Below are positions 13,920-23,400 of a stretch of 26,664 nucleotides of DNA, piece after piece. The translations under genes were made by a program, and so were the position numbers. Every line of letters begins with the position of its first letter. The stretch's first letter is position 1. The notes under the pieces were generated by a model, which saw only the letters and a list, made by a program, of their open reading frames with translations, was not told the origin of the DNA and made no database searches. This stretch comes from a virus (taxonomy: Duplodnaviria > Caudoviricetes). The stretch covers positions 1 through 26,664 of the IMG/VR virus record IMGVR_UViG_3300025723_000146; one strand, given 5' to 3'.

Positions 13920-15420
13920 TGCTTCCGTTATGGAAGGGTTTGTCAACTCTGTGTTGAGGAAGAACTTTGATAAACCAGCTCCTACTCCTGACTTTCATAA
14001 AGAGATATGGGACCTTGTTACTAGTAACAGCAAACAAGTAGCCATAGCAGCACCTAGGTATCATGCCAAGAGTACAGCCGTAACCCATGCTTACACACTA
14101 GCATCTGTGCTCTTTAGGGAGTCTAGGTACGTTCTTATTGTCTCAGATACTGTAACCCAAGCTGTTCAGTTCCTAGGAGATATCAAAAAAGAGATGCTAG
14201 AAAATGATGACCTACGTTCTTTATTCTCAATTAAAGAGTTTGCCAAAGATACCGAAGATGACTTGATTGTAGAGATGGAAGATGGGTGGACATTCCGTAT
14301 ACAAGCAAAAGGTAGTGAACAAAAACTCAGGGGTTTAAAATGGGCTAACCTTCGTCCAGACCTTATCATTGGCGATGATATGGAAAATGATGAGATCGTA
14401 ATGAATAAGGATAGAAGGCAAAAGTTCAAAAGATGGTTCTACGGAGCTTTGATTCCCTGTGTTAGTTCCTCTGGAAAGATTAGAATTGTTGGAACAATAC
14501 TACATTTGGATAGTCTTTTAGAAAACTTAATGCCAAGTTCTCAATTGGGTAGTCATAGGGGTGTGAAGCACTTAGTCAAAGAAGATTTAAGAGAATATGC
14601 TTTAAATAAACTACCTTGGAGGTCTATTAAGTATCGTGCCCATACAGACGACTTCAAGAGTCTTTTGTGGCCTGAAATGAAGTCTGCTGAAGAATTTAGA
14701 CTCCAGAAAGACGATTATGTGAGGCAGGGATTAGCAGATGTCTATTCTCAAGAAATGCTCAATATTCCCTTGGATATAACAGATACCTTCTTTAAGAAAA
14801 CTGATTTCATACCCATGAAACCAGAAGACCAAACTAAAAATTTAGTGTACTATGCCACCTGTGATTTGGCTGTATCCCAATCCCAACGGGCAGACTACTC
14901 TGCTTTTGTTGTGGGGGGTATGGACAACGAAGGACGTTTGTACTGCAAACACGTTATAAAAGAACGTATGGACGCTTTGGAAATTGTGGATACAATCCTC
15001 ATAATCCAAAAGATTTATAAGCCCGTACTCTTTGGACTTGAACAAGGTACTATTCAGAAAGCTATAGGACCCTATCTTAACGAGGAGATGCTTAAGCGTG
15101 GTGAGTTTATCAATACTGTTTTATTAAAACCAAGCGGTGATAAACTAACCCGTGCTAGGAGTATCCAAGCTCGGATGAGAAGTGGGGCTTGTAAGTTCGA
15201 TAAGGACGCTGACTGGTATCAAAACTTTGAAGATGAGCTTCTTAGGTTTCCTCGTGATAAGCATGATGACCAAGTTGATGCTTGGGCTTACTTGGGATTA
15301 ATGCTTGATAAAATGTGGGAAGCTCCTACCGACAAAGAGATTGAAGAAGAAGAGTACGAGGCTTATATCCGAGAAAACAATGCGATAGAATCTGGTCGCT
15401 CTGCTATATGTGGGTACTAA
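13885..15420 (+). CDS. terL: Terminase large subunit
   Basis: Walker A APRYHAKST, Walker B LIIGDD, VGT coupling motif, nuclease DLA...DYSA...HDDQVDA. Confidence 0.95.
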   Translation: MSLPTPPVSKLNASVMEGFVNSVLRKNFDKPAPTPDFHKEIWDLVTSNSKQVAIAAPRYHAKSTAVTHAYTLASVLFRESRYVLIVSDTVTQAVQFLGDIKKEMLENDDLRSLFSIKEFAKDTEDDLIVEMEDGWTFRIQAKGSEQKLRGLKWANLRPDLIIGDDMENDEIVMNKDRRQKFKRWFYGALIPCVSSSGKIRIVGTILHLDSLLENLMPSSQLGSHRGVKHLVKEDLREYALNKLPWRSIKYRAHTDDFKSLLWPEMKSAEEFRLQKDDYVRQGLADVYSQEMLNIPLDITDTFFKKTDFIPMKPEDQTKNLVYYATCDLAVSQSQRADYSAFVVGGMDNEGRLYCKHVIKERMDALEIVDTILIIQKIYKPVLFGLEQGTIQKAIGPYLNEEMLKRGEFINTVLLKPSGDKLTRARSIQARMRSGACKFDKDADWYQNFEDELLRFPRDKHDDQVDAWAYLGLMLDKMWEAPTDKEIEEEEYEAYIRENNAIESGRSAICGY

Positions 15421-15423
15421 AGT

Positions 15424-17532
15424 ATGAACTTAAAAGATAAACATAATATTAATGACCTCATGTATGAGAGCAACATTGCTACTCTACTCTGTGATGAAGA
15501 CCTTAAAACAATTGGAATGCACGTTGTTAGAGATTTTGACAACGACTTGATGTCTCGTTCTAGTTGGGAGAAACGTACAGAAGCTTCTCTTAAACTAGCT
15601 TTACAAGTTGCTGAAAATAAAAACTTCCCTTGGGCTAATGCTTCTAACGTTAAGTTTCCCCTTATTACTATTGCTGCATTGCAATACCATGCTCGTAGTT
15701 ATCCTGTACTTATTGACAGTGACTTACCTGTTAAATGTAGGGTAGTTGGAGATGATAAAGATGGTTTAAAAGCCCTACGTTCTACTCGTGTAGAACAACA
15801 TATGTCCTACCAGCTTCTAGAAGAAGATGAAGACTGGGAATCAGAAATGGATAAAGTTCTAATTACACAGCCTATTATTGGTTGTGCTTTTAAGAAGACC
15901 TACTACGATCCAATCTGTAAACACAATATCTCTGAAAACGTTTTAGCCAAAGACCTAGTGGTCAACTATTGGACTAAAAGTTTAGAAACAGCCAGTCGGG
16001 TATCTCACGGACTACAGATGACCAAGAATGAAATCTATGAGCGTGTAGCTCGTGGACTTTGGTTAGATGTATCTGAAGGTCGTCAACAACAATCTATGTC
16101 TGCTATGGGTAATCCCCTACAGCAAACACAAGACAAAGCACAAGGGTTAACCCCACCTGAACCTAATGACTCTAGTACTCCTATTGAAATCATTGAGCAA
16201 CATTGCCACATAGACTTTGATGACGATGGCTACGCTGAACCTTACATTGTTTATGTTCGTAGGGATAACAGAAAAGTTGCTCGTATTGTTGCTAGGTACA
16301 TTGATAGAGATGTAGAGCGCAATAAAGAAGGAACTATTCTTAGTATTAAGGGTGAACAGTACTTTACCAAGTACCCATTTATTCCATCCCCAGATGGGGG
16401 TTTTTATGACCTAGGCTTTGGAGTTTTACTTGGACCGCTTAACGAATCAATCAACACCATCATCAACCAACTTGTTGACGCTGGAACATTATCTAATACC
16501 GCTGGTGGTTTTCTTAGCCGTGGTATCAAGCTACGTGGTGGTAACTATTCCTTCAATCCTATGGAGTGGAAGCATGTAGACACCACTGGAGATGACCTGC
16601 GTAAAGGCATTGTTCCATTGCCAGTCAGAGAACCATCTCAAGTAATGTTTACCCTATTAAATCTATTGATTAACTATGGTGAACGCATTGGTGGTGCTGT
16701 AGACATTATGACTGGTCAAAACCCTGGTCAAAATACTCCTGCTGAAACTACTCGCACTATGGCAGAGCAAGGTATGAAGATATTTAATGGTATCTTTAAA
16801 CGTACCCACAGAAGTCTTAAACAAGAGTTTAGAAAACTGTATCGTTTGAATCAAATCTTTATTACTGAAGATACATCCTTTGTTTCTGATGCTAAAAGTT
16901 CTGGAATGATTTTGGCTTCTGACTATGAAGGTCCTGTAACTGATGTGATGCCAACTGCTGACCCTAGTGTTACTTCTGATGCTCAACGATTAAACCAAGC
17001 TGCTGCAATAGCCCAAAGGGTTGCTGCTACTCCAGGTTTGTACAATAGATATGAAGCAGAATACACCTTCTTAAAAGCTATGAAGGTTACAAACATTGAG
17101 AAGATTCTTCCTGATCCTAAAGGCCCTAATGCTGTACCCCCACCAGTTAATCCTAAGATACAGATTGAACAACTTAAACAACAAGCCAAGCAAGCTTCTG
17201 ATCAATTGACTATAAAGATGGCTTTGTTAAAACTAATGAGTGAAGCAGAAGTTAACCAAGCCCAGATTCAAAAACTGGAAGCAGAAGCAGAGGCCATTAA
17301 GATTGGCATTGCTACTGAAGGTGAGAAGATGCGTATTCAAGAGATCAATATGCAGATTGCTTTACAGCGTGAGCGTAGAGAAGGTGTCATCAGCTCTATC
17401 CAAACCATGAACTCGGTTTACGATACGATGATGAGAAACAAGATGGAGGAAACCCTTGAAAGTAGTCAACCGCAAATGCCCCCAATGCAAATGCCTGGTA
17501 GTCAACCACAAGGAACTCCTCCTATGATGTAA
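15424..17532 (+). CDS. Portal protein
   Basis: 702 aa directly after TerL; PWANAS, GFYDLGF and VDAGTLSNTAGGF segments; C-terminal coiled-coil and Q/P/M-rich tail. Confidence 0.85.
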   Translation: MNLKDKHNINDLMYESNIATLLCDEDLKTIGMHVVRDFDNDLMSRSSWEKRTEASLKLALQVAENKNFPWANASNVKFPLITIAALQYHARSYPVLIDSDLPVKCRVVGDDKDGLKALRSTRVEQHMSYQLLEEDEDWESEMDKVLITQPIIGCAFKKTYYDPICKHNISENVLAKDLVVNYWTKSLETASRVSHGLQMTKNEIYERVARGLWLDVSEGRQQQSMSAMGNPLQQTQDKAQGLTPPEPNDSSTPIEIIEQHCHIDFDDDGYAEPYIVYVRRDNRKVARIVARYIDRDVERNKEGTILSIKGEQYFTKYPFIPSPDGGFYDLGFGVLLGPLNESINTIINQLVDAGTLSNTAGGFLSRGIKLRGGNYSFNPMEWKHVDTTGDDLRKGIVPLPVREPSQVMFTLLNLLINYGERIGGAVDIMTGQNPGQNTPAETTRTMAEQGMKIFNGIFKRTHRSLKQEFRKLYRLNQIFITEDTSFVSDAKSSGMILASDYEGPVTDVMPTADPSVTSDAQRLNQAAAIAQRVAATPGLYNRYEAEYTFLKAMKVTNIEKILPDPKGPNAVPPPVNPKIQIEQLKQQAKQASDQLTIKMALLKLMSEAEVNQAQIQKLEAEAEAIKIGIATEGEKMRIQEINMQIALQRERREGVISSIQTMNSVYDTMMRNKMEETLESSQPQMPPMQMPGSQPQGTPPMM

Positions 17533-17554
17533 GTAAGTTTATAAGGAGAGAAAA

Positions 17555-17773
17555 TTGGAACCAGTTAGCCCAGATAACTTTGACGAATGGAAACACCATC
17601 CTGTTACCAAACGTTTGTTTAAAATGTTGTCAGATGACAGAGAAACCATGAAAGAAGGGTTAATCAACAGTTCATTTGATTCTGAAGAAGAAGTTAAAGG
17701 AAGATGTCGAGCAATTGCCATTATCCTAAGTCTAGAGTATGAAGATTTATTTGAGGTAAAAAACAATGAGTAA
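17555..17773 (+). CDS. Hypothetical head-module protein (72 aa, TTG start)
   Basis: AAGGAG SD; between portal and GroES-like gene. Confidence 0.7.
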   Translation: MEPVSPDNFDEWKHHPVTKRLFKMLSDDRETMKEGLINSSFDSEEEVKGRCRAIAIILSLEYEDLFEVKNNE

Positions 17774-18113
17774 TGAATCAGGAATAAATCCCGTAGGCTG
17801 GAGAGTGCTTATTAAGCCACAGGAAGTTAAAAAAGTTTCTAAGGGGGGGATTATCCTAACCACAGTAACAACTGAAGCACGAGAACAAATGGGGAACACT
17901 ACTGGGGTTGTCATAGCTATGGGTGACCAATGCTTTTTAGATGAACCCGCACCTTGGTGCAAAGTAGGTGACAAAATAATTTTTGCTAAATATGCTGGCC
18001 TACTTTACCTTGGTAAAGATGGAAATCAGTACCGAATGGTTAACGATAAAGACATTACTGGAACATTAGACAGTGATGTTGATCTTGTTGATCCGTACTT
18101 GGCTCAAACTTAA
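17766..18113 (+). CDS. groES: GroES/Cpn10-like co-chaperonin
   Basis: INPVGWRVLIKP, mobile loop KGGIIL, GVVIAMG, KVGDKIIFAKYAG, NDKDITG. Confidence 0.88.
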   Translation: MSNESGINPVGWRVLIKPQEVKKVSKGGIILTTVTTEAREQMGNTTGVVIAMGDQCFLDEPAPWCKVGDKIIFAKYAGLLYLGKDGNQYRMVNDKDITGTLDSDVDLVDPYLAQT

Positions 18114-18143
18114 GTTGACACTATTTTAAACAGGGAGTAGTAT

Positions 18144-18977
18144 ATGAGTGAAGAAAATGTTACTAGTAACGAAATAGCTGATGATGTTCGGCATGAAGCT
18201 GAATCTCAAGGTTGGGTTCCAAAAGAACGATTTCGTGGAAATGAAAACGATTGGGTAGACGCTGATGTCTTTGTCAAACGTGGTCGAGAGATTCTCCCTA
18301 TTCTTAGAAAGAATAATGAGAACCTTGTTAAAGACTTACAGGCAACTAAAGATCAGCTTAAAGAGTTCAGAGAAGCAGCAGAGGAATTTAAACGATTCCA
18401 AAAAGATGCTTATGAACGTAAGGCTCAAGAGTACGAAGATAGAATTAGACAGATTAAGGAAAGCCGTGCCCAAGCTATAAGTGATGGAGACGGACAAAAA
18501 GTAAATGCTTTAGATGACGCTTTGGATCAAGCCAAAGAAGACTTTAAAGAAGCAAAACAAGCCGTTAAAGATGCTGATGTTGTTAAAACACCAGAACCCG
18601 CATCTACTGCTATTGAACCTGGACTACAGGTTTGGTTAGACAAAAACACTTGGTTTGGTGAAGATAAACGGATGACAAGTATTGTGAACGGAATAGGTGA
18701 AAGCCTTAGATTGGAATTTCCAACCTTAAAAGGACAACCATTTCTTGATAAGCTAGATGAAGTACTAGCTGAAGAGTTTCCTAATAAATTTGGTGGGAAG
18801 AAACAAAGCCCCGCTAGTCGAGTCGAATCAGGGTCTGGTCGTCAAAGTAGAAGTGGTAGCAATGCCCAATCCTATGACAACTTACCCTCAGATGCTAAAG
18901 CCGCTTGTGATCGTTTTGTTAAGCAAAAGCTTATGACTCGTGAACAGTACCTAGCAGATTTCGATTGGTCTAATTAA
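18144..18977 (+). CDS. Probable capsid scaffolding protein
   Basis: Charged coiled-coil protein between portal and capsid genes. Confidence 0.65.
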   Translation: MSEENVTSNEIADDVRHEAESQGWVPKERFRGNENDWVDADVFVKRGREILPILRKNNENLVKDLQATKDQLKEFREAAEEFKRFQKDAYERKAQEYEDRIRQIKESRAQAISDGDGQKVNALDDALDQAKEDFKEAKQAVKDADVVKTPEPASTAIEPGLQVWLDKNTWFGEDKRMTSIVNGIGESLRLEFPTLKGQPFLDKLDEVLAEEFPNKFGGKKQSPASRVESGSGRQSRSGSNAQSYDNLPSDAKAACDRFVKQKLMTREQYLADFDWSN

Positions 18978-18995
18978 TTTAAAAGGAATACTATC

Positions 18996-19496
18996 ATGCC
19001 ACGTGCTTTAACTTATGAAGAAAAAGTTGCTCGTCAAGACGCAATTAGAGAGAGAAAAGAAGCCCCACCTGCTGCTGCTGATGGAACAACTCGTAAACGT
19101 AGAAACGTTTTTAATGGCACAGAAGCCAAATTAAGCGTTAGAAACCAAATTCCAGGTTATCATCTCCATGTCTTTACAGACACTGGTGGTCGTATCCAAG
19201 AAGCTATGGATAGCGGATATGAGTTTGTCACCCCTAATGAAGTTGGTGGTGTAAGTGAAAACGTGGTTAGCCGTAATGGTGACCTCGGAGAAAGAATTAG
19301 GTATCTTGTAAATCCTCGTGCCGAAGGTACGGAGCAATACGGATATCTTATGAAGATACGGCAAGAATGGTATGAGGAAGATCAAACCGCACTTCAAGCT
19401 AAAAACAACACGATTGACGCTTCAATTAGGAAGGGTAAGATCACGGGTGATAACCCTGGGTTTTATGTTCCTAGAGATGGTATTAAACTTAATTAA
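18996..19496 (+). CDS. Hypothetical head-module protein (166 aa)
   Basis: ORF track; AAGGA SD. Confidence 0.75.
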   Translation: MPRALTYEEKVARQDAIRERKEAPPAAADGTTRKRRNVFNGTEAKLSVRNQIPGYHLHVFTDTGGRIQEAMDSGYEFVTPNEVGGVSENVVSRNGDLGERIRYLVNPRAEGTEQYGYLMKIRQEWYEEDQTALQAKNNTIDASIRKGKITGDNPGFYVPRDGIKLN

Positions 19497-19513
19497 TTTA
19501 CAAGGAGTCTTAA

Positions 19514-20131
19514 ATGGCTAATGTATCCCGCCCTCGTGGTCTGTCTCCAGTTGGAACTTTAACTGGTGCAGCCTATAACGAGCAAGGCCAATTGTTTGCT
19601 GTTGCCAATGATGCAACTAACACTTACGCCATTGGCGATATTGTTACTTCATCTACTGGTTCAGATGCAAATGGTATTGCTTATGTAACTAAAATGACTG
19701 CTGACACTAGCTTGCCTTTGGGCGTTATTGTTGGTATTCGTCCTGTTGATCCTGGCGTTAGTTTGCAAGGACTTAACGTTGATTTGACCAAACTGTACTT
19801 GTCACAAAATTCTGGTTTGCGTTATATCTACGTTATTACTGATCCTAACGTTGTGTATGAAATCCAAGCTGATACTTATGTCTTAGCTGATGTAAGTAAA
19901 GTTGCTGGTGGTAACTACACTGCTGCTGATTCTTTGTCTCAGTCTTCGCCCCAATCTAGTTTGACTTTAAAAGCTTCTACTGTGCTTGCACTAAGTGCTA
20001 GTGGTTCGCTTGGATTGCCATTCTTGGTTCAAGGGTTTGCTCAACGTTCAGATAACGCTGCTGGTGCTTACGCCAAGCTTAACGTTGTTTTGAACAAACA
20101 GTTGTACAAGCAAGCTGCTGGTACTGCTTAA
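19514..20131 (+). CDS. Probable capsid decoration/cement protein
   Basis: 205 aa, beta-rich, small residues, directly upstream of the major capsid gene; AAGGAG SD. Confidence 0.55.
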   Translation: MANVSRPRGLSPVGTLTGAAYNEQGQLFAVANDATNTYAIGDIVTSSTGSDANGIAYVTKMTADTSLPLGVIVGIRPVDPGVSLQGLNVDLTKLYLSQNSGLRYIYVITDPNVVYEIQADTYVLADVSKVAGGNYTAADSLSQSSPQSSLTLKASTVLALSASGSLGLPFLVQGFAQRSDNAAGAYAKLNVVLNKQLYKQAAGTA

Positions 20132-20154
20132 TTAACAAATAAAGGAGAATTAAT

Positions 20155-21075
20155 ATGGCTGGTGTAATTACAACAGGCTCCCATCCGAAGGCGTTATGGC
20201 CTGGTATTAAAGCATGGTGGGGACAAACCTACAATGAGCATCCTGAAGAGTACGTTGATTTGTTTGATAAAGACACATCAATGCAAAACTACGAAGAAGA
20301 TGTTCAATTGACTGGTTTTGGTTTAGTACCTGTCAAAGAGCAAGGTGCTGGGGTTCAGTACGATTCTGAAATCCAAGGTTTTGTAACTCGCTATACGCAC
20401 GTTGCGTATGCAATGGGTTATATTGTTACCAAGGAAGAAATGGACGACAACTTGTATGAGCAAGTGTCCAAGAAACGTTCTGCTGCTTTGGCTATGTCTT
20501 TCCGTCAAACCAAAGAGAATGTTGCTGCTAATGTGTACAATCGTGCATTTAACAACACATACGCTGGTGGTGATGGTGTGGCTATGTGTTCAACTGCTCA
20601 CCCCAATACAACGGGTGGTACATTTGCTAACAAGCCTACAGTTGACGTTGACTTGTCAGAAGCCGCTTTGGAAGATGCAGTAATTGCAATCATGGGTCTA
20701 CAAAACGACCGAGGATTGTTGGTTGCTATTCAACCAAAAGACTTGCACATTGCTCGCCAAGAAGTGTTTAATGCTCAACGCATTCTTCACTCTAGCTACC
20801 AAACAGGTAATGCCAACAATGACATTAACGTCATTAAGTCTGGTAACTACCTACCAGGTGGTTTCAAAGTAAACCATTACTTCACAAGCCCACACGCTTG
20901 GTTTATCCGTAACACCATTCCTGGTGGTACTGGTATGAAGTATTATGAGCGTCACTCAATCACGTTTGATCAAGACAATGATTTCGATACAATGAATGCT
21001 AAAGCCAAAGGCTATGAGCGTTATTCATTCGGATGGTCTGATCCTCGTGCTGTGTGGGGCGTTAATGGTCCCTAA
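20155..21075 (+). CDS. Major capsid protein (HK97-fold)
   Basis: 306 aa; LWPG, DDNLY, DFDTMN...ERYSFGWSDPR motifs; strong SD; followed by a terminator. Confidence 0.88.
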   Translation: MAGVITTGSHPKALWPGIKAWWGQTYNEHPEEYVDLFDKDTSMQNYEEDVQLTGFGLVPVKEQGAGVQYDSEIQGFVTRYTHVAYAMGYIVTKEEMDDNLYEQVSKKRSAALAMSFRQTKENVAANVYNRAFNNTYAGGDGVAMCSTAHPNTTGGTFANKPTVDVDLSEAALEDAVIAIMGLQNDRGLLVAIQPKDLHIARQEVFNAQRILHSSYQTGNANNDINVIKSGNYLPGGFKVNHYFTSPHAWFIRNTIPGGTGMKYYERHSITFDQDNDFDTMNAKAKGYERYSFGWSDPRAVWGVNGP

Positions 21076-21089
21076 TTGTTACTAGTAAC

Positions 21090-21122
21090 AGCCCCCATCC
21101 TAAAAAGGTGGGGGTTTCTTTT
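21090..21122 (+). terminator. Rho-independent terminator after the capsid gene
   Basis: GCCCCCA-t-CCT-aaaa-AGG-TGGGGGT followed by TTCTTTT. Confidence 0.8.
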
Positions 21123-21141
21123 AATCCAAAGGAGTATTTAA

Positions 21142-21279
21142 ATGGCTTACGAAATGTCTAAAATGAAGGGCAAACGCCCAGAACCAGCAACAAAAAAAGG
21201 TGCTGGTGAAGCTATGAAAAAGATGGCTGCCAAGAAAATGGCCCCAGCCGCTAAAAAAATGATGAAAAAGAAAATGTAA
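21142..21279 (+). CDS. Small Lys/Met/Ala-rich basic protein (45 aa)
   Basis: AAAGGAG SD; MAYEMSKMKGKRPEPATKKGAGEAMKKMAAKKMAPAAKKMMKKKM. Confidence 0.7.
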   Translation: MAYEMSKMKGKRPEPATKKGAGEAMKKMAAKKMAPAAKKMMKKKM

Positions 21280-21355
21280 TTGGTATACAATCCAAACATC
21301 CGATGACGCTCTCTTAGCAGAGCGTTGTTTTAAACAACGTCAAAGGAGTTTTTAA

Positions 21356-22465
21356 ATGGTTAGCCCAACCCGTTTCCCTGCTGGTATTAGTACATACCCT
21401 GTACAAAATGTACTAAACACTTTCCCCACTGTTCCTTCACAGTATCAAATTAACAGGGGTGATGATTTTATCCCCTATTCTTCTGGCACTTATACTGCCA
21501 CTGCTTCTACTGGTGCTGCATCTGCCAACTACTCTTGGAATGGTGGAGCATTAAAGATTACTGGTGGTACATCTACTCCCTTTAAATCTTTCCTAGCATT
21601 AGGTTCTGGTAACATTCAAATTGTTCCTGGTAACCAATCTTGGCATGATGTTCGTATGGGTGTTCCCACTGGCTCAATGAAGAACCCTTTGACTGACTCT
21701 GCTGTCTACTCTGGTTTCTTTGATAATGTTGATCCTGCTTCTGCTACCAATGGTATTTACTTTGTAAAACCTGCTGGTGGTTCTGTTGTTAACTTTGTTA
21801 TTTTAAAGAATAGCACTGCTACTACATTCTCTAACGTTGCTGACTTTGCTGTACCAAGTGGTATCTACGGAGATACTTCTTCTACTGCTGGTACACTAAC
21901 ATTCAATAGTACTGGAACTACTTTTAGTTCTGTAACTGTTGGAACAGCAGGAACAGGTTATCGTGTTGCTCCTTTGGTTGTTCCTTTTGGAACTGCTGGG
22001 TCTGGCGGTCAAGTTAGTGTTCAACTAGGTGGTGCTACTCAAGGTTCTTACAATTCTGGTAGCTCTTTGTATGCTCCTTACATCCTAGCTGCTGGTTCTG
22101 GTTACACTGCTGGTACTCTAGGTGCTGACGTTATTCCTTTGATTAACCTACAATTCTGGTACAACGGAGCTGGTACTTTGTTTGTTGGTGTTAATGGCAA
22201 ATGTGTTTTGTCTTTAGGTAAAGATGGAATTGCAACTGCTACTCCTGGTTCTACTTATAGTTTGGGTGCTGGTCAAGCCAACTCCTACAACTTTGTAGGT
22301 ACTACATTAACTAGCGGTGTTGCTCCTGTTCAACCTTACCCAGGTGATTTTTACGTTGCTGCTCCTCAAGTACCTTTGCAATTAGATTTTGGTTTAATTG
22401 GTACATCTGGTAATGCTCGTTACTTGTATGTTGAAGAAATCAACATTGGTACAGAAGTAAACTAA
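21356..22465 (+). CDS. Probable virion structural protein (369 aa)
   Basis: G/S/T-rich, beta-type composition; late module; AAAGGAG SD. Confidence 0.7.
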   Translation: MVSPTRFPAGISTYPVQNVLNTFPTVPSQYQINRGDDFIPYSSGTYTATASTGAASANYSWNGGALKITGGTSTPFKSFLALGSGNIQIVPGNQSWHDVRMGVPTGSMKNPLTDSAVYSGFFDNVDPASATNGIYFVKPAGGSVVNFVILKNSTATTFSNVADFAVPSGIYGDTSSTAGTLTFNSTGTTFSSVTVGTAGTGYRVAPLVVPFGTAGSGGQVSVQLGGATQGSYNSGSSLYAPYILAAGSGYTAGTLGADVIPLINLQFWYNGAGTLFVGVNGKCVLSLGKDGIATATPGSTYSLGAGQANSYNFVGTTLTSGVAPVQPYPGDFYVAAPQVPLQLDFGLIGTSGNARYLYVEEINIGTEVN

Positions 22466-22466
22466 G

Positions 22467-22844
22467 ATGCACAATAAATTAGTACACGAAGCTACGCAAG
22501 ACAGTGTTAATGTTTCCATCGTTAGTGATGGTGGCAAAAACACTGTGTTCCTAGTAACAGGTACTATCAAACACGAAGACGATTCTGTATTTGATATTGT
22601 TGACATTAAAAGATTAGCTGGGAATCCAAGTAACATTCGTTTAGACGCAACTGTTTTTATGGTTGAGACTGGTCTAAGAGTGTTACTTACTTATCGTAAT
22701 CAACCTTATGTTCTTCCTCTGGAAGGTAGAAGCAAGATTGATTTAGGATGGGTTAGTGGGCTAATTGGTCACGAAATTGATATGGTATTTAAAGGTACAG
22801 GGTCGTTCTTCATTGTGCTGGATGTAAGCAAAATGGGAGTATGA
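22467..22844 (+). CDS. Hypothetical virion protein (125 aa)
   Basis: ORF track; tight packing in late operon. Confidence 0.7.
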   Translation: MHNKLVHEATQDSVNVSIVSDGGKNTVFLVTGTIKHEDDSVFDIVDIKRLAGNPSNIRLDATVFMVETGLRVLLTYRNQPYVLPLEGRSKIDLGWVSGLIGHEIDMVFKGTGSFFIVLDVSKMGV

Positions 22845-22845
22845 A

Positions 22846-23208
22846 ATGAGTGACGTATTTATCAAGAGTGGTGAGCAGCCTCGCTACTTTGCTTTTAGTG
22901 GTGTGAACTCAGCAACAGCAACTGGTGCTTCTTCTCCCATTTACAAAGAAAGTCCCTACAGTAGTTTTCAAGGACTAGTTAATGGTACAGGTACTGTGGG
23001 AGCTACAATAGCTATCCAAGTAACCAATGAGGATGATACAGCTAATGGTATTAAATCTAATTGGATTACTATGAGCACAATTACTTTGTCTGGTACTACT
23101 ACTGCCACAGATGGCTTTACAACAATTGCTCCTTGGCGATGGGTACGTTGTAATGTATCTGCTATCTCTGGTACTGGTGCAACTGTTCAAGTTATCATGG
23201 GTGTGTAA
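22846..23208 (+). CDS. Hypothetical virion protein (120 aa)
   Basis: ORF track; beta-rich with C-terminal WRWVRCNV. Confidence 0.7.
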   Translation: MSDVFIKSGEQPRYFAFSGVNSATATGASSPIYKESPYSSFQGLVNGTGTVGATIAIQVTNEDDTANGIKSNWITMSTITLSGTTTATDGFTTIAPWRWVRCNVSAISGTGATVQVIMGV

Positions 23209-23397
23209 ATGACTATTGTTGTTAATGACCTATATGGTTCTTACGTTCCAACTTGTCCGAGTTACGTAAACCAATATGGCGTAACAATAACTCAATATGG
23301 TGTTATTAGTCTTACCATAGTATCTGCTTCAGCAGTCCTTCTTGAGAATGGTAGTTACCTTCTACAAGAAAATGGTGGCAAAATTCTTTTGGGGTAA
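23209..23397 (+). CDS. Small tail-associated protein (62 aa)
   Basis: C-terminal LLENGSYLLQENGGKILL, a motif type seen in phage tail/fibre proteins. Confidence 0.6.
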   Translation: MTIVVNDLYGSYVPTCPSYVNQYGVTITQYGVISLTIVSASAVLLENGSYLLQENGGKILLG

Positions 23398-23400
23398 TGA

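Noticed and set aside
17455-17532. Short repeats AGTCAACC and CAAATGCC at the portal 3' end
   Set aside because: Explained by the low-complexity Q/P/M tail.
21040-21080. T7-style programmed frameshift extending the capsid protein
   Set aside because: No slippery heptamer seen, and a terminator follows directly.
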